64,000 nucleotides of DNA. Source: Gemmatimonadota bacterium. GTDB lineage: Bacteria > Gemmatimonadota > Gemmatimonadetes > Gemmatimonadales > GWC2-71-9. A model generated the notes under the pieces. That model worked only from the letters and a program-made list of their open reading frames with translations, was not told the DNA's origin and searched no databases. The position numbers were made by a program, and so were the translations under genes. The stretch is taken from contig QHUK01000010.1 in assembly GCA_003222085.1 (NCBI GenBank), forward strand, positions 3,688-67,687, given 5' to 3'. Below are positions 50,860 through 60,695 of this stretch, in pieces (the first letter of the stretch is position 1; every line of letters starts with the position of its first letter).

Positions 50860-53406
50860 CTACCAGTTGATCCAGTAGGATGCTTTCACGAGGAACGTGT
50901 TCTCCGGATGCAGGTCGAAGAGGTCACGGAAGTCGCCGCCCATGGAGCGCGGCCCTTCGGCGCCGTCGCGATGTTGCCGTCCCTGCGTCCAGACGAGGAA
51001 CAGAGCGGAGCCGGGTCGGTACTCCCAGCGCAGCACGGCGGTCGAGTTGAATGCCTTCTTGTTGAACCCGTCGGAGGCGGCCGGGTACGGCTGGTAACGA
51101 TCGTCAAAGGCGGCGGCGTTGGGATCGGCGAGCTCGCGCACATCTGAGAACGTGCCCTTACTGACGAACGGCTGCGCATACAATTGGAGGGTGAGGGTGG
51201 TCGACAGCGTGTAGTCGACCCGGCCGGTGAGCGACACCTCCTTCTGATTCAGATGAGCGAACGTGTAGTGCGTCGCGAACGGCGGGGTCGGGTCGGTGAT
51301 GACGCCGTGCGGCTGGACGTCCTTCACGTTGTGCGTGGCGCTCAAGGTCAGGGACGTTCTGAACTGGGATGCGATGCGAAACGCGACCTGGACGTTGCCG
51401 TTGAACCGCTCGGACCGTCCCACGTCACCGCGCCGGTAGTTGAACCACACGTACGGCGTGAACGCGGGACGTTCATCCCCGTCCACCTCCCCCCAGGCCG
51501 ACAGGTAGGGATCGACGCGCACGGCCGGCCCGCCGCGAGTGCAGTCGCGATCACAGAAGGTGGCGCCGAGCTGGCCCGCCGTCACGCCGCCGTGCACCCA
51601 CCACCGGTTGTTGAGCTGAGCGTGCACGTTGGTGTTGGCGGCGCGCTCGACGGCGGTGCCCGCAGCCGTCCAGAATTGCCACCAGTTGAAGTTCCAGAAC
51701 GCGGTCTGATAAAACGAGCTGGGGTGCCGGGACTGAAACGCGAACCACGTGTTCCAGCTCTGCTGGTCCGCCTGCAACAGGAAGCCGAGGTCGTTCACCT
51801 CGAAGCCCTGAGAGCGGCGCTGGTAGCTGGTCTCGAACCGCGTGATACCACCACCGACTTTTCCGAACTTGAGCTCTTCGGCGTCGCCCGCGAGCGAGGT
51901 CCGGGTCGAGTCGTAGGAGACCCCGGCGCCGGGCCGCTGATAGTAGTGCACCGGATCTTGCTGGGTGGCGGCGATCGCGGACGGCGTCCCGGCGACGCGG
52001 CTCAGGTCCAACGATCCCGAGATCTGGTAGCGGCGGCCGAAAAAGCGGTGCCGGAAGTCGACGGCCCCCACGTAGGCGCTACCGTGTAACAAGCCTTCGG
52101 TCCACTGGTCGAGGTCGCGGTTCACCGCCGTCCCCATGGCGCCGATGCCGCTCTCGCCGTTCCGGAAGTCCTGTTGGGCCCGCACTGCCGCATAGTTGGT
52201 GGTCGGCTCCATGGTGCGGTCCAGCGAACCGACCTCGCGCCCAGTCACCGCGTCCAGCACGCCCACCGTTTGGCCGCCGGGAAGGCGTCCCGTCAGCTTC
52301 GCCGCGCCATCGATCGTCGTGGCGGTGGGGGGGTTGGGGTCGCCGTAGTCCAGCTGCGGGGCGCGCCCGATCCGCCGCGAGTAGAACAGGCCCTCGCCGG
52401 TGTTGCAGTCGTTCACGGCGCTGCAATTCACGTCGAACCGAAAGATTCCCGCCCCCTGGACGAAGAAGGGGCGCCGTTCCTGAAAGAATGTCTCGAACGC
52501 GGTCAGGTTGAGGACCGCCGGATCCGCTTCGACCTGCCCGAAATCGGGGTTGATCGTGGCATCGAGCGTGAGACTCGGCGTGAGCCCGTACTTCAAGTCG
52601 GCGCCGCCCGTCACCTTCTGGGAGCGGTCGAACCTGGTGCCGGTCGGCACCGACACGTTCTTCGTCACCACGTAGGGCGCAATCTCGGGCCGGCGCGGCG
52701 ACGGCAGCCCCTCGAGGCCGGTGAGCTCGCCCAGCTGCGACGAGATTCCCGCCTGGGAGTTTCGGTACAGCGGCCAGCTGACCCGCTCGGAGTAGCGCTG
52801 GATGTCACGCCACACCGCGAACCCGAAGGTGTTCACGGCGCGGGGGACGTAGCGTAGCTGCGAGAGCGGAATCCGGAACTCGGCGGTCCACCCGAGCGAG
52901 TCGACCTGCGTGCCGACGTCCCAGACCGCGTCCCAGGCGTCGTCCTCCTGCGCGTCGTTGTACATCGCGTAGTCACGCTTCACGCCGGCCGGGTTCACGG
53001 CGAACTCGAAGCCGGAGCGGCGGTCGTGGTACGAGTCCACCATGATTTTGAGCTGATCGGTGGCGGCGCGCACGTCCCGCCGCGCAAGCAGCTTCAGAAT
53101 GCTGTCCGGATGCGGGTCGAAGGCCCGGATAAAGACGTAGAAGTAGCGGTCGTCGTAGGCGACCCGGGCTTCGGTCGGAAAGCGGGGATCCCCGTCCTCT
53201 TTCGGTTGGAACTCCCGGAACTGGGTGATCGGCTGGGCGATGCGCCAGACTTCATCGTCGTCCCGGCCGTCGATCACCACGGGGACGGCCGCTCGCACGG
53301 CGGTTGCCCGAGTGGTGCTGGCGGGTTGGGGCGCGGCGACACCACCGGCGGCGGAAGGTGGTGTGGCGGTTTGCAGGACGATCGCGAGCAGGACGGCAGC
53401 CGGCAT
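50860..53406 (-). CDS. CBM9-like / DUF5916 domain protein (secreted, beta-rich)
   Basis: It has a signal peptide and 'VIDGRDDDEVWRIAQPITQFREFQPKEDGDP...YDDRYFYVFIRAFD'. The C-terminus ends 'WINW'. The family assignment is from memory. Confidence 0.65.
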   Translation of the reverse strand: MPAAVLLAIVLQTATPPSAAGGVAAPQPASTTRATAVRAAVPVVIDGRDDDEVWRIAQPITQFREFQPKEDGDPRFPTEARVAYDDRYFYVFIRAFDPHPDSILKLLARRDVRAATDQLKIMVDSYHDRRSGFEFAVNPAGVKRDYAMYNDAQEDDAWDAVWDVGTQVDSLGWTAEFRIPLSQLRYVPRAVNTFGFAVWRDIQRYSERVSWPLYRNSQAGISSQLGELTGLEGLPSPRRPEIAPYVVTKNVSVPTGTRFDRSQKVTGGADLKYGLTPSLTLDATINPDFGQVEADPAVLNLTAFETFFQERRPFFVQGAGIFRFDVNCSAVNDCNTGEGLFYSRRIGRAPQLDYGDPNPPTATTIDGAAKLTGRLPGGQTVGVLDAVTGREVGSLDRTMEPTTNYAAVRAQQDFRNGESGIGAMGTAVNRDLDQWTEGLLHGSAYVGAVDFRHRFFGRRYQISGSLDLSRVAGTPSAIAATQQDPVHYYQRPGAGVSYDSTRTSLAGDAEELKFGKVGGGITRFETSYQRRSQGFEVNDLGFLLQADQQSWNTWFAFQSRHPSSFYQTAFWNFNWWQFWTAAGTAVERAANTNVHAQLNNRWWVHGGVTAGQLGATFCDRDCTRGGPAVRVDPYLSAWGEVDGDERPAFTPYVWFNYRRGDVGRSERFNGNVQVAFRIASQFRTSLTLSATHNVKDVQPHGVITDPTPPFATHYTFAHLNQKEVSLTGRVDYTLSTTLTLQLYAQPFVSKGTFSDVRELADPNAAAFDDRYQPYPAASDGFNKKAFNSTAVLRWEYRPGSALFLVWTQGRQHRDGAEGPRSMGGDFRDLFDLHPENTFLVKASYWINW

Positions 53407-53510
53407 GACGGGATCCCCCGTGGCCTGGTCGGACGGTTAGACAGGTCTTACGGGGAAAGGGTTGGGCGGGTTCCGGCCGTGACAAAAACCGAACAAGCCC
53501 CCGGGGGGCC

Positions 53511-55940
53511 TTAGTTGTGCCTCGCGAGCAGGCTTGGCTCGACCGGTGCTTCGCCGTCGAACACGAGGTGACCGGCCTCGAAGCGCGCGCCGCGCAGCGC
53601 CAATGTCAGGACTTCGTCCAGATCTTCCACGAGGTGCACGTCGAGTGACGAGCGGACGTCCTCTGGAAGATCCTCCAGGTCGGGGCCGTTCTCCTTCGGC
53701 AGCACGATGGTGTGGATGCCCGCCCGCACCGCGCCGAGCACCTTTTCCTTTACGCCGCCGATCGGCAGGACCCGGCCCCGTAGGGTGATCTCACCGGTCA
53801 TGGCGAGGTCGTGGCGCACCGGCCGGCGGGACAGCGCCGACACCAGCGCCGTCGCCATGGTCACGCCCGCCGATGGGCCGTCCTTGGGGATGGCGCCTGC
53901 GGGGACGTGGATATGGACGTCGGTGCCGGCGAAGGCCTCCTCCTGAATCCCGAGCTGATCGGCGTGGGACTTCGCGTAGGTGAGCGCAGCCCGGGCCGAC
54001 TCCTTCATGACGTCGCCCAGCTGGCCCGTGAGCACGAGCTCGCCCTTGCCGCGCATCACGCTCGCCTCGGCGAACATGATATCCCCGCCGACCGGCGTAT
54101 AGTACATGCCCGTGGCCACGCCGACCTGGTCCTCGCCCTCCTTGTGCTCCGGATGGACCTTGGGGCGCCCGAGCAGGTCGTCAACGTCCTTGGCGTCGAC
54201 CGTGACGCGCTCGAGCTCGCCGCCGGCGATTTGGCGCGCGACCTTGCGCCCGAGCTTCCCGATCTCCCGCTCCAGCTGGCGGACGCCCGCCTCACGCGTG
54301 TAGCTCGTGATGATCTCGCCGAGCGCAGCGTCCGTGACCGTGAGCTGCTCCAGCGTGAGGCCGTTCTCACGCACCTGCCGCGGGACCAAATAGCGCTTCG
54401 CGATCTCCAGCTTTTCACGCTCGGTGTAGCCCGCGAAGGTCACGGTCTCCAGCCGGTCGAGCAGCGGGCCGGGGATGCTCTGCGGAAAGTTCGCGGTCGC
54501 GACGAACAACACTTCCGACAGGTCGAAGGGCACTCCCAGGTAGTGATCCGTGAACGAATCGTTCTGCGCCGGATCGAGCACCTCGAGTAACGCCGCCGCC
54601 GGGTCTCCCTGGAACGAGACGCCAAGCTTGTCGAGCTCGTCGAGCAGGAACACCGGGTTCTTGGCGCCCGCCTGCTTCATGCCCTGGATGATCCGGCCGG
54701 GCATGGCGCCGACGTACGTGCGCCGGTGGCCGCGGATGTCCGCCTCGTCGCGGGCGCCGCCCAGCGAAATGCGAACGTACGGCCGGCCCATAGCGCGCGC
54801 GATGGACTTGGCGATCGAGGTCTTGCCGACGCCCGGAGGGCCGACGAACAGCAAGATCTGGCCCCGCGCCTGCTTGTCGTCTTCGTTGCCCTGCGCCACC
54901 GCGTCGGGCGAGCGCTGGCGGAGCTGCCGCACGGCCAGGAACTCGAGGACCTGATCCTTCACGTCCTTGAGGCCGTAGTGATCCTGCTCGAGGATCTCCG
55001 CCGCCCGCTTCAAGTCGAGCGACTCCTCCGCCCGCTTGTTCCACGGCAATTCCGCCATGTTCTCGAGGTAGGTCCGAATCACCTGGCCTTCCATCGAGTC
55101 GCGGTTCGCCCGCTCCAGGCGGTCGAGCTCGCGGTCGACTTCTTTGCGCGCGGCCTCGGGGAGCCCGAGGGCCTCGAACCGCTTCCGCAGCTGCTCCACC
55201 TCGGTCCCTTCGTCCTCTTCGCCGAGCTCCTTGCGGATCGCCTTCATCTGCTCCCGCAGGAACATCTCGCGCTGACGCTCGCCCAGCTCTTCCTGCACCT
55301 GCGACTTGATGTGCTCCTGGGCGTCGAGCACGCCGATCTGGCGCTGGACGTGAATGAGGACGCGCCGCAGCCGCTCCTCCACGGACAACGTCTCGAGCAA
55401 CCCCTGCCGCTCCGCCGGTTGGATCTCAAGGTAGCCGGCCACAAGATCCGCGAGCCTGCCGGGGTCGGTGACCTCTTCGAGCACCTGCCGGACGACGTCC
55501 TCGGGGAGTCCTGATTTCTGGCCCAGCTCCGCGGCCCGCTCGCGCGCCTCGCGGTGCAGGCCGACGAACGCTGGATCCTCGGCGTTCAGTGGCGGCATAT
55601 CGTCGACCTCGTGGACCACCGCCTCGAGGTAGCGGCCGTTATCCCGGTAGTGCAGCGCGGCGCCCCGGCGCTCGCCGTGCAGCAGCAGCTGCACGCCGCC
55701 GAGGCCCCGCTGGATCTGGCTGATCTTGGCGATCGTGCCCGTCGTGTATAGCACCTCGGGGCTGACCGCATCGACGTTCTCGCGCTGCGCGACGGCAAAA
55801 ATCAGGCGGGAATCGCTCTTCAGCGCCGCCTCGATGGCACGCAGCGTGGTGGGGCGTCCGGCGCCGACCGGCGCCGACACGCCCGGAAACAGCACGACCT
55901 CCCGGAGCGGAAGCACGGGAAGGGTCAGGCGTTCAGACAT
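53511..55940 (-). CDS. lon: ATP-dependent Lon protease
   Basis: It has the LON N-domain 'LPVLPLREVVLFPG', the Walker A 'GPPGVGKTS', and the protease motif 'PKDGPSAGVTM'. The ATG at 55940 (MSERL) is chosen. Confidence 0.95.
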   Translation of the reverse strand: MSERLTLPVLPLREVVLFPGVSAPVGAGRPTTLRAIEAALKSDSRLIFAVAQRENVDAVSPEVLYTTGTIAKISQIQRGLGGVQLLLHGERRGAALHYRDNGRYLEAVVHEVDDMPPLNAEDPAFVGLHREARERAAELGQKSGLPEDVVRQVLEEVTDPGRLADLVAGYLEIQPAERQGLLETLSVEERLRRVLIHVQRQIGVLDAQEHIKSQVQEELGERQREMFLREQMKAIRKELGEEDEGTEVEQLRKRFEALGLPEAARKEVDRELDRLERANRDSMEGQVIRTYLENMAELPWNKRAEESLDLKRAAEILEQDHYGLKDVKDQVLEFLAVRQLRQRSPDAVAQGNEDDKQARGQILLFVGPPGVGKTSIAKSIARAMGRPYVRISLGGARDEADIRGHRRTYVGAMPGRIIQGMKQAGAKNPVFLLDELDKLGVSFQGDPAAALLEVLDPAQNDSFTDHYLGVPFDLSEVLFVATANFPQSIPGPLLDRLETVTFAGYTEREKLEIAKRYLVPRQVRENGLTLEQLTVTDAALGEIITSYTREAGVRQLEREIGKLGRKVARQIAGGELERVTVDAKDVDDLLGRPKVHPEHKEGEDQVGVATGMYYTPVGGDIMFAEASVMRGKGELVLTGQLGDVMKESARAALTYAKSHADQLGIQEEAFAGTDVHIHVPAGAIPKDGPSAGVTMATALVSALSRRPVRHDLAMTGEITLRGRVLPIGGVKEKVLGAVRAGIHTIVLPKENGPDLEDLPEDVRSSLDVHLVEDLDEVLTLALRGARFEAGHLVFDGEAPVEPSLLARHN

Positions 55941-55991
55941 GGACCTCAACTCTGATGAGGGTAAGCATGCACATAGTTCACACAGGCCTAA

Positions 55992-56006
55992 GCATCGTCC
56001 GTGCCA
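55992..56006 (-). promoter_or_regulatory. Sigma54-like -24/-12 element upstream of lon
   Basis: The minus strand reads TGGCACGgacgATGC, against the consensus TGGCACG-N4-TTGC. It lies about 50 nt upstream of the lon ATG. Confidence 0.3.
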
Positions 56007-56132
56007 CTACAAAACGCTCCCCTGAGCACGCGCGTTCCGGCGACCGGCGGCCAATAAGGCAGATGCTGCCGAATAGCCACCGCGCGGGCGCCAACCCGGC
56101 TACCGAAGCGTAAGTCAAAAGCCGCTTACAGG

Positions 56133-56161
56133 TTGCACGCTCGTCGCCCTGCGGCTAATCT
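56133..56161 (+). promoter_or_regulatory. Candidate sigma70-type promoter of the kinase gene
   Basis: The layout is TTGCAC, 17 nt, then TAATCT. The -10 element ends 27 nt before the ATG at 56189. Confidence 0.35.
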
Positions 56162-56188
56162 ATCCGCGCGCACTTCACGCGACGCTCG

Positions 56189-58039
56189 ATGAACGACGCA
56201 GACAAGGCACTCGCCACCCGCCTCAGCCAAGCCCTCGGCAGCTCCTACACGCTCGAGGGAGAGATCGGCCGGGGCGGAATGGGCGTGGTGTTCAACGCCC
56301 GCGACGAGCGGTTGAAGCGTCAGGTCGCCGTCAAAGTGCTCCCGCCGGAGCTCGCGTTCCGGGAAGAAATCCGGCTGCGCTTCCTGCGCGAAGCCGAGAC
56401 GGCGGCGCGGCTGTCGCACCCGCATATCGTGCCGATCCACTCCGTCGGCGAGGGACGAGACGGGCTGGTCTACTTCGTCATGGCCTACGTGGACGGCGAG
56501 TCGCTCGGCGCGAAGCTCAAGCGGCGCGGGAGGCTGCCACCGGACGAATCGCGTCGCATCATGCAAGAGACCGCCGATGCACTGGGAGCCGCGCACGCGT
56601 TTGGGATCATCCACCGCGACGTGAAGCCCGACAACATCCTGCTGGAGGGAAGTCGCGGCCGCGTGGTCGTCACCGACTTCGGGATCGCCAAGGCGCTATC
56701 CTCGACGACCGGCGGAGCGACACTCACCGCCACGGGTGTGGCGATCGGCACGCCGCACTACATGAGCCCGGAGCAGGCGGCGGGAGACCGCGAGATCGAC
56801 GGACGGTCCGACATCTATAGTCTGGGTGTGGTGACCTACCAGATGCTCGCGGGGGAGCTGCCCTTCCAAGCCCCCACGGTCCCCGGGATCCTGATGAAGC
56901 ACATCACGGAGCGGGCGCCACTGATCACCGACCGGCGGCCGGAGGTGCCCGAGGACCTCGCGGCCTGCGTGATGCGATCGCTCGAAAAGGATCCGGAGGA
57001 CCGCTGGCCCACCGCGGACGCGCTGCGGCGTGCGCTCGAGGCCCGGAGCGCGACCATGTACAAGCCGCGTCGCTCGAGCGGCCCCTCGCCGTCGCGCGGG
57101 GTGCGAGCGCCGCCCCTACCCCCACCGCCGCCGTTGCGGGGGCGGCCGGACGTGCTCGCTCAGCGTGCCCGGCGGGTCGACCGGATGAGCGACCGACCGA
57201 CACTCGCCCCCAGCGGCGAGCCCGAGATCGTGCGCGAGCTGCGCAGCCGATTCGTCACCTGGGCCTCGGTGTGCGGATCCCTGTTCATCATCGATGTCGC
57301 CACGGGCAACCATACGCCCGGGTGGTCGCTCTTCGTGGCGGCGGTCTGGGGTGGCACCGCGCTCGTCCCCCGCTACATCCGGCTGTGGCACGCCGGCTAT
57401 TCGTGGCGCGACGTCTTCGCCCGGCCACCGGCGCCGGACGCGATGGAAGCCCGTCTCGCCGCGGTGGGGAGCCGCCCCGTCGACCTGCCGCGCGCGACGA
57501 CCGACGAGTTCGGCGGCCACGCCGAGCCGATCCAGCAGGCCCGCAGCGATCGCAAGGCCATTCTGCGGGTCGTGGATCGTCTCCCCAAGTCGGAGCGGAA
57601 GCTGCTGCCCGACGTGATCGCGACCGCGGATGCGCTCCTGAATCGGGCTGAAGACCTAGCGCGGACCCTGCACTCCATGAGCGGGAGCGTGGACCGGGGC
57701 GCCCTCGCACGCCTCGAGGAAAAGATCCAGGCGACCAAGCATCAAGGGGCCAGCACGGAACGGGATCGACAGGTAGGCCTGCTCGAGCGCCAGCGCCAAG
57801 CGGTCACGGATCTCCTGACCAAGCGTCAGCTCGTCGCGGACCAGCTCGAGTCGTGCGTGCTGGCAATGCAGAATGTTCGGTTCGACCTGCTGCGCCTCCG
57901 CTCCGCGGGTGTGGCGGTGGCCCTCGATGATCTCACCCGTGCCACCCAGCAGGCCCGCGCGCTGTCGCGCGACGTCGATCACGTAATCGCAGCGGCGGGT
58001 GAGGTCAAAGCGATCCTGGGCGAGCAAAGCGGTGTCTAG
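56189..58039 (+). CDS. Ser/Thr protein kinase with C-terminal 2-TM and coiled-coil region
   Basis: It has 'IGRGGMGVVFNA...VAVKVL', 'HRDVKPDNILL', 'DFGIAKAL' and 'GTPHYMSPEQ'. Two hydrophobic segments lie around 'WASVCGSLFIIDV' and 'WSLFVAAVWGGTALV'. Confidence 0.9.
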   Translation: MNDADKALATRLSQALGSSYTLEGEIGRGGMGVVFNARDERLKRQVAVKVLPPELAFREEIRLRFLREAETAARLSHPHIVPIHSVGEGRDGLVYFVMAYVDGESLGAKLKRRGRLPPDESRRIMQETADALGAAHAFGIIHRDVKPDNILLEGSRGRVVVTDFGIAKALSSTTGGATLTATGVAIGTPHYMSPEQAAGDREIDGRSDIYSLGVVTYQMLAGELPFQAPTVPGILMKHITERAPLITDRRPEVPEDLAACVMRSLEKDPEDRWPTADALRRALEARSATMYKPRRSSGPSPSRGVRAPPLPPPPPLRGRPDVLAQRARRVDRMSDRPTLAPSGEPEIVRELRSRFVTWASVCGSLFIIDVATGNHTPGWSLFVAAVWGGTALVPRYIRLWHAGYSWRDVFARPPAPDAMEARLAAVGSRPVDLPRATTDEFGGHAEPIQQARSDRKAILRVVDRLPKSERKLLPDVIATADALLNRAEDLARTLHSMSGSVDRGALARLEEKIQATKHQGASTERDRQVGLLERQRQAVTDLLTKRQLVADQLESCVLAMQNVRFDLLRLRSAGVAVALDDLTRATQQARALSRDVDHVIAAAGEVKAILGEQSGV

Positions 58040-58061
58040 CGCGCCTTAGGGGCGGGCCGCG

Positions 58062-60182
58062 CTAGAACGCATGCAGGTCGCGCATCGCCCCCGCGAGATC
58101 CTCCACCTGCGGCAGGATGAAATCTTCGAGCCTGGGCGCGTAGCCGACGAAGGTGTCGGTCGAGGCCACCCGCTTCACGGGCGCGTCCAGCCACGGAAAG
58201 CACTCGTCGGCGATCCGGGCGGCGAGCTCGGCGCCGTAACCCCATGACCGCGCGTCCTCGTACGCGACGAGCACCTTGCTCGTCTTGGTCACCGACGCCG
58301 TGATGGCTTCCCAATCGACGGGCGAGAGGCTGCGCAGGTCGATCACCTCGACGCTCACGCCGTCCCGCTCCTCGAGCTCCTTCGCCGCAACGAGCGCGCG
58401 CTGCACCACGGCGCCGTAGGTCACCACGGTGAGGTCCCGGCCTTGCCGGACGACCTTCGCCTTGCCGAAGGGGATCATGAAGTTCGGCCCGGGATTGGGC
58501 GCCTTGTTGTACGTCTGGCGATAGAGGTGTTTGTGCTCGAGGAACAACACCGGGTCGTCACACCGAATCGCCGTGCGCAACAGGCCGTTGGCGTCGAGCG
58601 CCGTACTGGGGCAGATGACGCGGAGCCCGGGAACGGCCGTGAACACCACGGCCCCCGTCTGGGAGTGGTAGATCGAGCCGCCCTTCAGATAGCCGCCGTA
58701 GGTGACGCGCACCACGACCGGGCACGAGAACGCGTTGCTGGAGCGCCACCGCAGGGTGGCGAGCTCGTTGCGCAGCTGATGATAGGCGGGCCAGATATAG
58801 TCGAAGAATTGAATCTCGACGACCGGTTTCAGGCCGCGGGTCGCGAGACCGATCGCGCGGCCCACGATGTTCGCCTCGGCGAGGGGTGAGTTGTAGACCC
58901 GATCACTTCCGAACTGGCGCTGGAGCCCCCACGTGACCTTGAAAACGCCGCCTTTCCCCTTCACGTGCTCCAGGTGCTGCTCGCGGCTGACGTCGGCCAC
59001 ATCTTCGCCGAACACCACGATGCGGGGATCACGCCCCATTTCGTCTTTCAGACAGGCGTTGAGCAGGTCCACCATCGTGGTGGGATCGCCCCCGAATTGC
59101 GGATCGTCCTCCGTATCAAACTGCTCGGACGTGGGGTCCACCTCGGGGGAGTACACGTACAACAGTGCCGTCTCCGGCTCGGGCTGAGGCGAGGCCAGCG
59201 CCATGTCGGCAGCGACGCCGACTTCCTCATCCACCTGGCGCTGGATGGCCTCGATCTCGGCTGCGGTGGCCGCGCCGTCGGCGATGAGCCGTTTCGGGAA
59301 CAGGGTGAGGCAGTCCCGGCGTGCCTCCTCTTCCCGCTCTTTGGGCGGCTTGTACAACACTTCGTCGTCCGAGAGGGAGTGCGAGTAGGGCCGGGTCACG
59401 TGGGCGTGCACCAGAGCCGGGCCCTTGCGCTGGCGGACGTACTCCGCGGCCCGCAACAGGACGTCATAAGCGGCGATCGGATCGCAGCCGTCTACTTCCT
59501 CGACCAGGAGGCCGGGGAAGCTCCGGACGAGCTTCGACACCGAGCCACCCGCGGTCTGCACCTCGACCGGCACCGAGATCGCGTACTTGTTGTCCTCGAT
59601 GAGGAACAGCACGGGCAGCTTCAGGTTGCTGGCGGTGTTGAGCGCTTCCCAGAACTCGCCTTCGCTCGTCGTACCATCCCCGGCCGAGACGTACACGAGC
59701 TCGTCGCCGTGGACCGGTTTCTCCGCGATGGCGTCGATCCGGGTGTAACGGAGCCACGCCTCCGCGCAGCCCACGGCTTGGAGCAGCTGTGTACCGGTCG
59801 GGCTCGACTGACTGACGATGTTAAGCGCCTTGTGGCCCCAGTGGGACGGCATTTGGCGGCCCCCCGAGTTGGGATCCTCGGCCGCACCGACCGCGGAGAG
59901 GAGCATCTCGGTGGGGGTCATGCCGAGGCTGAGGCAGAGGGCGCGGTCGCGATAGTACGGATAGAACCAGTCGTATGCAGGACGGAGCACTCTCCCGGCG
60001 GCGACCAGGACGCCCTCGTGGCCGGCCCCGGAGATCTGGAAGAAAATCTTGTTTTGCCGCTTGAGCTGAATCTCCTTATCGTCGATGCGCCGCGACAGGA
60101 ACATCAGCCGATACATATCCAGCAGGTCGGCCTTCGACAGGGACTTGGCGGCCCGGGGCCGGGGTTGAGCGCGCGTCGCCAT
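58062..60182 (-). CDS. Fused alpha/beta E1 component of a 2-oxoacid dehydrogenase (TPP-dependent)
   Basis: The alpha part has '[17 protein letters not shown]'. The beta part has '[10 protein letters not shown]...[29 protein letters not shown]' and '[11 protein letters not shown]'. Confidence 0.85.
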   Translation of the reverse strand: MATRAQPRPRAAKSLSKADLLDMYRLMFLSRRIDDKEIQLKRQNKIFFQISGAGHEGVLVAAGRVLRPAYDWFYPYYRDRALCLSLGMTPTEMLLSAVGAAEDPNSGGRQMPSHWGHKALNIVSQSSPTGTQLLQAVGCAEAWLRYTRIDAIAEKPVHGDELVYVSAGDGTTSEGEFWEALNTASNLKLPVLFLIEDNKYAISVPVEVQTAGGSVSKLVRSFPGLLVEEVDGCDPIAAYDVLLRAAEYVRQRKGPALVHAHVTRPYSHSLSDDEVLYKPPKEREEEARRDCLTLFPKRLIADGAATAAEIEAIQRQVDEEVGVAADMALASPQPEPETALLYVYSPEVDPTSEQFDTEDDPQFGGDPTTMVDLLNACLKDEMGRDPRIVVFGEDVADVSREQHLEHVKGKGGVFKVTWGLQRQFGSDRVYNSPLAEANIVGRAIGLATRGLKPVVEIQFFDYIWPAYHQLRNELATLRWRSSNAFSCPVVVRVTYGGYLKGGSIYHSQTGAVVFTAVPGLRVICPSTALDANGLLRTAIRCDDPVLFLEHKHLYRQTYNKAPNPGPNFMIPFGKAKVVRQGRDLTVVTYGAVVQRALVAAKELEERDGVSVEVIDLRSLSPVDWEAITASVTKTSKVLVAYEDARSWGYGAELAARIADECFPWLDAPVKRVASTDTFVGYAPRLEDFILPQVEDLAGAMRDLHAF

Positions 60183-60212
60183 GGGACAAAGATAGTATCA
60201 TATTCCCTCCCC

Positions 60213-60695
60213 ATGAACGTAGCCGCCAAACAGACGGTCCTCCGGCATTTCACGTACGGCCTGTACGCGCTCACCGTGAAGCGTGAGGGCGATGAGCACG
60301 GCATAACGGCCAATTGGGTCAGCCAGGCCTCGTTCGATCCGCCCATGGTGGTCGTAGCGGTCGAAAGCACGTCCAAGATGATCGAGATGATCCGCGACGC
60401 GCATCACTTTGCCATCAGTATCTTTCACGAGCGGCAACGCGACCTGGCCGACAAGCTGGGGCGGGGGTCGGCGGGCGCGTCGTCGAAGCTAAAGGGGATC
60501 AAGACCAGGCCGGGGCCGATCTCCGGTGTTCCGGTGCTCGCCGAGGCGCTCGGCTGGCTGGAGTGTCGCGTCGTCGCAACCCTGCCAAGCGGAGACCATA
60601 CACTGGTGCTGGGTGAGGTGGTCGAGGCAGGCGTGGAGCACGAGGGAGCGCAGCCCCTCACGCTTCAGGAGTCGGGGCTCAAGTACTCCGGCTAG
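60213..60695 (+). CDS. Flavin reductase-like FMN-binding domain protein
   Basis: At 160 aa, 'HGITANWVSQASFDPPMVVVAV' and 'GDHTLVLGEVVEA' are typical of the flavin reductase domain. Confidence 0.8.
   Translation: MNVAAKQTVLRHFTYGLYALTVKREGDEHGITANWVSQASFDPPMVVVAVESTSKMIEMIRDAHHFAISIFHERQRDLADKLGRGSAGASSKLKGIKTRPGPISGVPVLAEALGWLECRVVATLPSGDHTLVLGEVVEAGVEHEGAQPLTLQESGLKYSG

Noticed and set aside
53478-53510. A possible lon terminator (GC-rich CCCCCGGGGGG palindrome followed on the minus strand by TTGTTCGGTTTTT).
   Set aside because: The palindrome leaves almost no loop and the T-run is displaced from the stem. It is plausible but not supportable by eye.
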